A DNA stretch of 64,000 bases, taken from the NCBI GenBank assembly GCA_035290625.1, contig DATDTY010000033.1, positions 20,482 to 84,481 of the forward strand. The letters are read 5' to 3'. The stretch comes from Candidatus Nanoarchaeia archaeon (GTDB lineage Archaea; Nanobdellota; Nanobdellia; Woesearchaeales; DATDTY01). The position numbers were made by a program, and so were the translations under genes. Positions 1 through 7,511 of this stretch are shown here, piece by piece; position 1 is the first letter of the stretch, and each line of letters starts with the position of its first letter. The notes under the pieces are model-generated. The model made no database searches. It had not been told where the DNA came from and saw only the letters and a program-made list of their open reading frames with translations.

Positions 1-167
1 CAAGCATCAGGAAAATATTGGTCTTTCCCAAGCCCGTCGGCAGGACTATCAGCGTATTCCTGCGAGATGCAGAATCAAGGATGCTCTCCTGGTACAGCCT
101 GGGAGTAAAGTCCCGGATCACGCTTTGGAGGGAGCAGTGCGAGTTTAAATAGGTTGTTAGAACCAAA

Positions 168-323
168 GGCAGCGTTCAAAATCTCCCGGGTTGCCATCGG
201 CTCGCCTGAGCGTTCTAAGGAATAAAGCTGATATCCCCGAGGGGGCAAGTCCCCCTATCAGCTGTGCATCTGCCTGTAAAGAGGCTCGCAAGAATGGTGG
301 CAACCTTCATTTTGAACGCTGCC
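168..323. repeat. Diverged member of inverted-repeat element family 1 (156 bp). Perfect 15-bp terminal inverted repeats ggcagcgttcaaaat / attttgaacgctgcc. The inner second stem (ggttgccatc / ggtggcaacc) and the central ccccgaggggg hairpin are arranged as in the canonical copies.
   Basis: Inverted repeats, inner stems and a central gctgata-tccccgagggggcaagtccccc-tatcagc hairpin read directly. The architecture parallels the copies at 1636, 11286, 20934 and 50612 but uses different arm sequences. Flanked by tagaacca...tagaatca. Confidence 0.5.
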
Positions 324-328
324 TAGAA

Positions 329-661
329 TCAGATTTCTGTGCTTGACAAAATGCCTTTCTCATGGAGCCAGTAGGTTATCCAGGCTCCGGCAATAAAGAA
401 GACCACGATAAAATTCCGATTCGTGTACCAGCCTCCGATGATATAGCCGATCAGGAACCCAAGCAGGATGACAGACCAGGATACTTTAAATGTATCTTTC
501 TCCTGCCACCAGAGCCTTCCTCCTAATGCCCCAGCAATGAACACAATGATGTAGCTCACACCTTCTGTCGGAGCAGCAAGAGCGAGAACCAGACCGAGGA
601 CAAGGAAGAAGAATCCCACAATCTCCGGCCAATGATTGTGAAATTGCGCCTTTCTGTTCAT
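329..661 (-). CDS. Small integral membrane protein, about 110 aa with 3 predicted TM helices. Start taken at the internal Met MNRKAQF; the longer ORF overlaps the upstream gene out of frame.
   Basis: Hydrophobic helices in the translation. ATGA stop/start overlap with the upstream ORF at 658-661. Confidence 0.45.
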   Translation of the reverse strand: MNRKAQFHNHWPEIVGFFFLVLGLVLALAAPTEGVSYIIVFIAGALGGRLWWQEKDTFKVSWSVILLGFLIGYIIGGWYTNRNFIVVFFIAGAWITYWLHEKGILSSTEI

Positions 662-1407
662 ACCATCACCTTTGATTCCAAGAAGATGTAGTAGAGAAGC
701 CAGACGATTCCGCCAATCAGCAATGCCCAGAAGAACGAGAAGATACCTACGAAATAGATAAGGAGCCCGTATCCGACGATGCTGCCAACAGTAAAGGCGT
801 AGGTCAGGCGAGAATAATAGAAGAATCTGCTGCCATCCAGCGGAGGGATAGGCAGAAGGTTGCCGATACCATATGCCCAGCCGATGACAAACAGCTTTGA
901 TATCAACGCGCTCTGCCACCCGAACCAGATATCGAGCGTCTTAAAGAAGCTGACAAAAAGAATTGAAGCCAATGGCCCGGAGAAGGCAATTGTTCCGTAT
1001 GCTGTAATGTTTGTCCCAGGCCTGAACCACCCTAAGCGGTGCGCCGGAAGGAAGTGGAGAAAAACCCCTCCTGGTGCCAGGAGCCAGAACCTGCCTTTCG
1101 AGAGAAGCGCAATGATAAGCCCGATCCCAACCCCATACAGCCATAGTTTGTATTCCACCCTGAACCCCTGGTAGAATCCGTAGATCTTCTGGACTGAGAT
1201 GTGGACTAGAATGACTGCAGCAACAAGAACTAAGCTTTCTGTCATGTTCATGGCCCAATCAGTGATGTTGAAGGCCTCTCTCCTGTCATTGAATCCGATA
1301 ATGAATGCAGAAGCAATAATCGCTACCAACACCGCAATTGTCTCATTGTACTCAAAGCGGAAGTCTGTCTTCGTTTTGTAGATTACGTCTTGCACTTTCC
1401 AGGGCAT
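658..1407 (-). CDS. Polytopic membrane protein related to M50 / site-2 protease (NLLPIPPLDGSR motif). No HExxH found; the corresponding segment reads LVHISVQ.
   Basis: LLPIPPLDG motif characteristic of S2P/M50. Multiple TM segments. The zinc-binding HExxH is absent from the read translation. Confidence 0.5.
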   Translation of the reverse strand: MPWKVQDVIYKTKTDFRFEYNETIAVLVAIIASAFIIGFNDRREAFNITDWAMNMTESLVLVAAVILVHISVQKIYGFYQGFRVEYKLWLYGVGIGLIIALLSKGRFWLLAPGGVFLHFLPAHRLGWFRPGTNITAYGTIAFSGPLASILFVSFFKTLDIWFGWQSALISKLFVIGWAYGIGNLLPIPPLDGSRFFYYSRLTYAFTVGSIVGYGLLIYFVGIFSFFWALLIGGIVWLLYYIFLESKVMV

Positions 1408-1469
1408 GCAGCATTTCTAAGAAATTATGTATTTAAAGCTTTGGGCTCCTTAAGCTCTGTCCAGCTAAG

Positions 1470-1586
1470 GGTTGCCGCCCTTTCTGTGAGGTTTTGAACC
1501 AAGACATCAGCACCGACAAGGGAGTCGCCCCCATGGAGGAATGTCGGCTAGCAGCAGAAACAACGCAACCGAACTTGGCGGCAACC
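1470..1586. repeat. Structured repeat family 3, copy A (117 nt). Closed by the 10-bp stem GGUUGCCGCC ... GGCGGCAACC. Homologous to 46242..46359.
   Basis: Terminal 10-nt segments are exact reverse complements. Internal blocks (CUUUCUGUGAGG, AUCAGCAC, GAAACA) are shared with copy B. An outer 9-bp inverted repeat gctctgtcc/ggacagagc lies at 1453 and 1606. Confidence 0.45.
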
Positions 1587-1635
1587 CGATCCTCTATGAG
1601 ATTCAGGACAGAGCCTGTTGGCTTACCCTATGCTC

Positions 1636-1771
1636 GGCTCAGTAGAAAGTCAATCGGCATCGAGCTCGCTTGTGAGGGCATAGGCGATTGCTGACACCCC
1701 CGAGGGGGCATACCATCTGTCAGCAGTGCTGATGAAGCTCGCAAAAATGATGCCGGACTTTCTACTGAGCC
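1636..1771. mobile_element. MITE-like element family 1, copy 1 (136 bp). 16-bp perfect terminal inverted repeats GGCTCAGTAGAAAGTC / GACTTTCTACTGAGCC. 8-bp target-site duplication ctatgctc at 1628-1635 and 1773-1780.
   Basis: Inverted repeats and direct duplications read directly. Nested inner stems GGCATC/GATGCC and GCTGACA/TGTCAGC around a CCCCCGAGGGGG hairpin. The 3' end supplies the stop codon of the adjacent TraB-like gene. Confidence 0.75.
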
Positions 1772-2472
1772 TCTATGCTCACAGAATAGGATATATCAGA
1801 TTCACCTGGGCGATGCGATTTCAGCAGCAGGCTGATCCCTTCCTTATGCCCTGCTCCAACGACTGCAACAACTTTCTTATCCGGATGCTGGGCAAGGATT
1901 TTTTCGAGCTCTGATGCCATGTGCCGGTTCCTCTCTTCGATCAGCACCTTGTAGACATTCGGATACCTGTCCTTGACCTTAGTCATGAGTTTTTTGATAA
2001 GCTGCTCCTCAGGAACCTTCCTTATATCAAACTCGAACTCAGGCTTACGGATTACTGCCCTTCCTAACGCCTTTAGGATATCCAGCACAAACCGCCACTT
2101 TTCCTTCCAGCTTAATGTCTCAGAGAGCCTCTTCAATGTGATCTCGATATCCTGGTCTATCAATGCAATTGGAATGCCTTTCTTCCTTGCATGCATGATG
2201 GCTGTTCTCATCTCTTCTCCTGGGGATACTCCCACAAGGTCACCCAGCTTACGCTCTGCCCAGGCTCCTATCAAGGCAAAGAGATACCCTTTGATGCCTA
2301 TCCTCTTCCAGCTCGCTCTTTTTGCACTGGTTTTTTCAAACAGGCCACGAATGCGCTTTGCATCAATCTCAAGGCAGACAACCGCAGGGCTGTTGGCATC
2401 TATGGCTTCTGCCACTTCCCTTATGCTTTGGGCTGCAATATGGCTTGTTCCTATAAGGATGAGATGTTTCAT
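1762..2472 (-). CDS. TraB/PrgY (GumN) family protein
   Basis: N-terminal ILIGTSHIA ... VCLEID pattern typical of TraB-family proteins. The last 2 codons and the stop lie inside MITE copy 1. Confidence 0.6.
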   Translation of the reverse strand: MKHLILIGTSHIAAQSIREVAEAIDANSPAVVCLEIDAKRIRGLFEKTSAKRASWKRIGIKGYLFALIGAWAERKLGDLVGVSPGEEMRTAIMHARKKGIPIALIDQDIEITLKRLSETLSWKEKWRFVLDILKALGRAVIRKPEFEFDIRKVPEEQLIKKLMTKVKDRYPNVYKVLIEERNRHMASELEKILAQHPDKKVVAVVGAGHKEGISLLLKSHRPGESDISYSVSIEAQ

Positions 2473-2572
2473 TTTTTACTAGTGATTCCCAATGCTATAT
2501 AAGGTTGTCCACTTTACCACAGAAAATTATAAAAAGGATGAAGTTTTTATTCCAAAGTAAGAAAGGTGGTCC

Positions 2573-2858
2573 TATGCTAAAGCTGAAGAGAATATCAGAA
2601 ACATATGATATGAAGGTATTTACAGATACCGGAGAATATTTCGGAGATATTGAGGAGACAATGCTTACCCAGACAAAGGTATCCGGATGGCGCGTAAAAG
2701 CCACAAAAGGCTCCTACCTTGCCAAGGCCCTTGGATCTGCGAAAGGGGTTATTGTCCCCCACCAGCTTGTCAGGAGCATTGGGGATATTATGATTATCAG
2801 CAAGGCTGCTGTCCCTTCCTACAATCCTGAGGAAGAGGAAGGCGCTGCTCAGGCATGA
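2573..2858 (+). CDS. PRC-barrel domain protein (ORF-track span 2505..2858; start probably the internal Met MLKLKR)
   Basis: KVFTDTGEYFGDIEE ... GVIVPHQLVRSIGD pattern of archaeal PRC-barrel proteins. Confidence 0.5.
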
Positions 2859-3286
2859 ACCTCAGCAGCACTGCATTCTCTGATGGCGAAGCCATCCCCT
2901 CTCCCTTCACCTGCTCAGGCAGGGATATAGCACCGTCACTCTCCATCTCAGATGTTCCAGGACAAGCCAAGAGCCTCAGCCTGATCATGGATGATCCTGA
3001 CGCTCCTGTTGGAACCTTTGTCCATTGGGTCGTTTGGAATATACCTCCTGATGCGAAGGAACTTGGCCATGGGATAAACAAAGGTGTCCAAGGCATGACT
3101 GACTTCGGAAGGATAGGCTATGGAGGGCCTTGCCCGCCTTCAGGGAAGCATAGGTATTACTTCAAACTCTATGCACTTGACTGCATGCTCCAGCTGAGCG
3201 AACATGCAGGAAAAAGGGAACTTGAGCAGGCAATGAAGGGGCATATCCTGGCCCAGGCTCAGCTGATGGGCACGTATACACGTTAA
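2855..3286 (+). CDS. PEBP (YbhB/YbcL, Raf-kinase-inhibitor-like) family protein
   Basis: DPDAP ... HWVVWNIP ... GYGGPCPP ... HRYYFKLYALD motifs. Confidence 0.75.
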   Translation: MNLSSTAFSDGEAIPSPFTCSGRDIAPSLSISDVPGQAKSLSLIMDDPDAPVGTFVHWVVWNIPPDAKELGHGINKGVQGMTDFGRIGYGGPCPPSGKHRYYFKLYALDCMLQLSEHAGKRELEQAMKGHILAQAQLMGTYTR

Positions 3287-3321
3287 GTATTTAAAAAACG
3301 CAATTCTTCTTTCCTGTTTGC

Positions 3322-3392
3322 ACGGCTGTGATCTAATGGCATGATACCAGCTTCCCAAGCTGGTTATCCGGGTTCGAATCCCGGCAGCCGTA
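3322..3392 (+). tRNA. tRNA-Gly (anticodon CCC), 71 nt, no intron, CCA not encoded
   Basis: Manual fold. Acceptor ACGGCTG/CAGCCGT. Anticodon stem CCAGC/GCTGG with loop TTCCCAA. T arm CCGGG-TTCGAAT-CCCGG. Discriminator A. Confidence 0.8.
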
Positions 3393-3397
3393 TGAAC

Positions 3398-3754
3398 TCA
3401 GTGCTGGAAGAACCGATTATCCTCAAACTCTTCATCCTCAGAAAGGAGCTTTTCTGCAGCAGATTCCTCCTCAGAAACGTTTGCTGAGCCGCAATAGGGG
3501 CATTTGTTGATAGATTTTGAGCCGATGGTCTTTGCAAACATATAGCTGCAGGCATTGCACTTCATCTTGATTCTTGGTTGGCTTTTCTCCTGGCGTGCTT
3601 CCTCTGGCTCAGGACTTCGGATCCCCCTGCATGAGCTGCACACCAGTTCTCTTCCCCGTATATCGGCAGAACTCAACGTAACTTTTTTTCCGCACTTTAC
3701 ACACTTTACCATCGCCTCTTTGGCCATTTTAGCTTTGCACAGTCTTCCATACAT
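3398..3754 (-). CDS. Double zinc-ribbon protein (two CxxC...CxxC pairs)
   Basis: CVKCG ... CSSC and CNAC ... CPYCG motifs. Acidic C-terminal tail. Confidence 0.45.
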   Translation of the reverse strand: MYGRLCKAKMAKEAMVKCVKCGKKVTLSSADIRGRELVCSSCRGIRSPEPEEARQEKSQPRIKMKCNACSYMFAKTIGSKSINKCPYCGSANVSEEESAAEKLLSEDEEFEDNRFFQH

Positions 3755-3840
3755 TTAAATCTTTTGCTTTGGCAGAGTAACAACAGAACACCGTGAATGT
3801 ACTTCGGGCATTTCCCCTAGGCAAGGCACTCACTCGGCTG

Positions 3841-4344
3841 CTAGGGCATCTTCTTCTGCCTGAGCTTCTGGATATCTGCCTGGAGCCTGCTGATGGCACG
3901 TATATGGGGATCTATCGTCTCATTAGCCTTGATGCTGAGCTTGAGCAGCTCGACTTCCAGGATGAGCTGGATTTCCTTCTGATCAAGGCTGTTATGGATT
4001 GCCTGTATCTCAGCGACCTGATCTTCGCTCAATGCAGCAACAGCAAACCCTGTTGTGCGCGGATATCTGCTGAGCAAGTAGCTGTTTGTCAGGAACGCAG
4101 AAAGAAATATCAGGGCAATGATTGCTCCAATGATGACCACTGCCTTTTTGCTGCTGAGTGTGCTTTCCTCGAAGAGCGTGCCCTGTTCTGAGGCGTGCAT
4201 CACCTTGAGGTAGGAGGCGAAAGCGCCATCTACGTCATTCTTTGTATGGCCCTGGCCATAGAGGGCATTCCTGATTGAATGGCTTGTGAAGCCCCTCTTC
4301 TGGCACTGCGCAATATACTCGATTACTTTTGAATCTGCAGCCAT
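3841..4344 (-). CDS. Hypothetical membrane-anchored protein with one TM helix and a C-terminal coiled coil
   Basis: ORF with a central hydrophobic helix VVIIGAIIALIFLSAFL. The overlapping +-strand ORF 3793..4191 is treated as an antisense artefact. Confidence 0.4.
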   Translation of the reverse strand: MAADSKVIEYIAQCQKRGFTSHSIRNALYGQGHTKNDVDGAFASYLKVMHASEQGTLFEESTLSSKKAVVIIGAIIALIFLSAFLTNSYLLSRYPRTTGFAVAALSEDQVAEIQAIHNSLDQKEIQLILEVELLKLSIKANETIDPHIRAISRLQADIQKLRQKKMP

Positions 4345-4449
4345 GTTACCAGAAACATGACTGTTTTTGATTAATAAATGTTGCGGTTTTTGGGCTCGTT
4401 GGGTAGAATCCTCTATTCAAGCAACTATTGACTGCTCCTATCCCTTACC

Positions 4450-6228
4450 TTATTCCACCTTTTCCCTGACTATAACGCTTCTCGCTTTCCCAGCCAGAGC
4501 CTGCTCGAGAAGGTTCTTCCTTTCCGTGTAGCTGCTAATAACACTCTTCACTGGGTCAGTTTCCCTCTTCTTTGTTTCTTGTGTGACAATATGCATTGCC
4601 TCTCTTCTGTTAGAGCCTGGAATATACAGCTCTTCGGGAGCAATAGGCACAATCAAGACTTCTTTCACATGCCTGCATCCAGCCATATATTCAAGAGCTG
4701 AGTCTTCTATGAGATGCCCCACTGTTCCATCGGCATGTCCATCTGGTCCTGTCCCTTCCCTCGAAAAGAGTTTTCCACTTATCATCTCTTCGAGGCCCAC
4801 TACGGGAAACAGCTCATTTTCCTTTTGCGCTTCTTTCCACTTATCCATAGCAGCGCGATATACTGTTTTGCTGCTCAGTTCAAACCCTCTGTAGGGATCG
4901 TACTTGTAAATTCCATCAGTCCTCTTTATTAAAATGACTTTTTCAATTCCATAAAACTCAGCAAGCGCAATGGTGTGGGTGTCAGAGTCTTGGAGAGGGA
5001 TCTCGTCTCTTACAAGAATATAGTGAGGAGCCATTGCAATGAGGGGGGTCTTTTTGTTGCTGTTCGAGATAAAATAAAATGCCCCTGGACCGATAAGCGA
5101 AGACCTCTCAGGCGTAAATATTCCGTGAATCATTTTAAGATTTGTCATCAATACTTCCGCAATAAGTTCTGGATAGGAGGAGTTTACGTATCTTCTATTG
5201 ATAAATTCAGCCAGCCACGGATTCTCTTGCTTCAGCTTGGCTAAGTGCAGGGCTTTCCTCACAGTCTGTCTTTCCCTCTTTACCTTATCCTCTAATTCTG
5301 TAATTGGTGTGACACGCCCTGTCCATAGGGCCTCGCCCTCCTGATATCTTCTGGATAAATCTTCCTCTACATATCTTTCTACAGATTCTGCATACGTTTC
5401 TGCAGATATCTCCCATAATCTGAGGTCTTCTATCCCGCCTGTTTCTATCCCAGAAAGTATCTTTCTCAGAGCCGTTTTATGTTTGGTAAACATTTCGTCT
5501 AATTCATCTCCTACAAGATTGCCGCTAAGGAAACTGAGTTCCGGTGATTTGTTCCTCCACAACCCGTATTTCTTCTGGTAATCTTTTATCACCTCTCCGA
5601 GTTGCCCTGCTCCTACGGTGCAGATGATCCTATGCTCCTGCATTTTTTGCTTTTTGCTAAGTGGATTTGGAATTTGATTTTGAGCTAATTTGGAAATGAT
5701 GTGGCAGTACATTGCCAGTGAGGGGTCATACTCTCTCTGCCTGTCGTAATCCAATGCGCTTCCTCCGATTTTTATGATTTTCCCACGCTGAATCGGAGAC
5801 GGGACACGGAATAATTTTCCGGCCAGATCCTCAAATGCTTGGGCATTTTCAGAAATACCCTCCATACTGTATTTCACGCCTGTGTTCACTGCCTGAATCC
5901 GTAATTGTTCAGTGATGGCTTCTCCACCTTTACTTACCATAATCTGTGGCATAAACGGATCGGCCCTTCTTATTCTTGCAATATGGGACATATTCCCATT
6001 GAGCTGCTTGTTGTCATACACTACAGCTGCCCAATGAAGTGGTTGCTGTAGATCAGGTTCTCCTACGATTTTCTTTGCCTCTTCAACAGAATCCACCCTC
6101 TTAGTATCAAACGCATTCCATCTTGATCTCTGTTTCTGAGCCAGGATGTTGTTGATGCATTGTGTAAGGTCGTCTCCTTTCTCAACAACAAGAATTGGCA
6201 ATGCTTTTGAGAGATTTAGGCTGGCCAT
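4450..6228 (-). CDS. Large (592 aa) atypical amino-acid-kinase-fold protein. IKIGGSALDYD N-lobe motif and TDGIYKYDP C-lobe motif are separated by long insertions. About 150-aa N-terminal extension.
   Basis: KIGGSAL, TVGAGQ and KRTDGIYKYDPY motifs match the carbamate-kinase/UMP-kinase fold. The size and insertions are unlike characterised family members. Confidence 0.5.
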   Translation of the reverse strand: MASLNLSKALPILVVEKGDDLTQCINNILAQKQRSRWNAFDTKRVDSVEEAKKIVGEPDLQQPLHWAAVVYDNKQLNGNMSHIARIRRADPFMPQIMVSKGGEAITEQLRIQAVNTGVKYSMEGISENAQAFEDLAGKLFRVPSPIQRGKIIKIGGSALDYDRQREYDPSLAMYCHIISKLAQNQIPNPLSKKQKMQEHRIICTVGAGQLGEVIKDYQKKYGLWRNKSPELSFLSGNLVGDELDEMFTKHKTALRKILSGIETGGIEDLRLWEISAETYAESVERYVEEDLSRRYQEGEALWTGRVTPITELEDKVKRERQTVRKALHLAKLKQENPWLAEFINRRYVNSSYPELIAEVLMTNLKMIHGIFTPERSSLIGPGAFYFISNSNKKTPLIAMAPHYILVRDEIPLQDSDTHTIALAEFYGIEKVILIKRTDGIYKYDPYRGFELSSKTVYRAAMDKWKEAQKENELFPVVGLEEMISGKLFSREGTGPDGHADGTVGHLIEDSALEYMAGCRHVKEVLIVPIAPEELYIPGSNRREAMHIVTQETKKRETDPVKSVISSYTERKNLLEQALAGKARSVIVREKVE

Positions 6229-6562
6229 GCAGTCCAGGATATCAGCATTCCTTATAAATCTTTTTACTACTTATCAGTAAGATTAAAGAGAACAAAGAAG
6301 AAAAAAGAGGGCAAGGAGTGCCATTTCCTATAAAGATACTTTATACTTCTTGCTCAGCAGCGCTCCCTGCTCTTTTCTATGGATAACTTTTCTGTGCACT
6401 TCTATCCTATCTTTCTCTCCCCTCTGTCTTGTTTTTTTCATGGCTTATCACCTTCACCTTGGTTTTGATTCTTTTAGTATTATCCGGAACATATATATTC
6501 TTTTTGTATATTGAATATATTAAGAATATGTAGTAATATTTATCATATACTAAAACGATATA

Positions 6563-6570
6563 TTTATATA
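6563..6570 (+). promoter_or_regulatory. TATA-box-like element (tttatata) about 22 nt upstream of the 6588 start, inside a 360-bp AT-rich intergenic region
   Basis: Archaeal promoter consensus position. Short leader. Confidence 0.35.
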
Positions 6571-6587
6571 TTTCTCTTCTTTCCTGT

Positions 6588-7511
6588 ATGATTATGAAGA
6601 GGAAACTCGTGAAACAGGGCTTGAGTGCGCTCACCATCACTATCCCTTCTTCGTGGGTGCGAAAAAATAACCTTAAAGCAGGAGACGAGGTTGATGTGCT
6701 GGAGAGAGATACCTCTCTGACGATTTCGAAAGAAGGAAGGACAGAATTAAATGAAATCACTGTGGATCTTACTGGGCTTCTGCCGCGGCTTGCAGACCGC
6801 TTTATGGCACGCGCATACCAGAAGGGTTATGATCGTATTATCCTGAAATCAGAGGATCCTGATCTCCTTCAGGCAGTTAAGAACAAGGTTCCTGAACTCA
6901 TGGGGTATGAAATCATTAACAGCATGAAGAACCAAGTAGAGGTTCAAATCCTTTCAGCCCAGCTTGATTTGGATTTTGACACACTCTTGCGGCGGGCCCT
7001 CCTCATCCTCAAAGACATGCTCCAGACCTGCCATGATGCCTGGAAAGCGGGGGACAAAAAGTCTCTGGACGGGATTTTCTATCAGGACTATGATGTGAAT
7101 AAATTCATGTATTTCTGCCTTCGCCAGTTAAACACCAGCCAGAAACTTATGACATTTGGTCGCTCCATCCTTTATTATCTTATTGAAACCCTAGAAGACC
7201 TGGGTGATGAGCTCAAAGCACTTGGCAAGGTGTTGGCGCAATTACCCCCTCATAAGGCCGTTCTTGGCATATTGAACAAGCTTATTGAAATGTATCAGTT
7301 AAGCTATGAGTTCTTCTATACCCCCGACAGAAAAAAGGCAAAACAGGCATATATGCTCAGCAAAGAAATATCCGAGCTTATTGATGCCCAGCTTTCAAAC
7401 ACAAATCTTCTTATGGTTAAGGCGTTGATATCTCTGGAATTCTCGAACCGGATTATTTACCATTTAACCACTATGCGCCTGGATACTCTTAAGGGCCTAG
7501 GTGGCCAGTAA
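6588..7511 (+). CDS. Regulator with an N-terminal SpoVT/AbrB swapped-hairpin DNA-binding domain fused to a PhoU-like helical domain
   Basis: KRKLVKQGLSALTITIPSSWVRKNNLKAGDEV is an AbrB/MazE-type motif. The helical C-terminal region resembles archaeal PhoU homologs. Confidence 0.55.
   Translation: MIMKRKLVKQGLSALTITIPSSWVRKNNLKAGDEVDVLERDTSLTISKEGRTELNEITVDLTGLLPRLADRFMARAYQKGYDRIILKSEDPDLLQAVKNKVPELMGYEIINSMKNQVEVQILSAQLDLDFDTLLRRALLILKDMLQTCHDAWKAGDKKSLDGIFYQDYDVNKFMYFCLRQLNTSQKLMTFGRSILYYLIETLEDLGDELKALGKVLAQLPPHKAVLGILNKLIEMYQLSYEFFYTPDRKKAKQAYMLSKEISELIDAQLSNTNLLMVKALISLEFSNRIIYHLTTMRLDTLKGLGGQ

Noticed and set aside
1636-1771. C/D-box sRNA interpretation of the family 1 element (contains CUGAUGA and CUGA)
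   Set aside because: Box order and spacing do not fit a C/D RNA: no RUGAUGA near the 5' end, and the motifs are embedded in long perfect stems.
1726-1914. ORF-track CDS (62 aa, MLMKLAKMMPDFLLS...) on the + strand
   Set aside because: It is a translation of the conserved 3' arm of family 1 element copy 1. The same peptide start recurs at copy 4 (50681..51187, MATLSAVVMTAKKLAKMMPDFLLS), which is a repeat artefact and not a gene.
3793-4191. +-strand ORF (132 aa) overlapping the minus-strand gene 3841..4344
   Set aside because: It is antisense to a more protein-like ORF (TM helix plus coiled coil), Cys-rich and low-complexity. I kept the minus-strand call, both at low confidence.
6407-6760. Minus-strand ORF (117 aa) spanning the AT-rich promoter region and the start of the PhoU-like gene
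   Set aside because: Low-complexity translation of AT-rich intergenic DNA (IYKKNIYV ...). It overlaps the AbrB-PhoU gene antisense.
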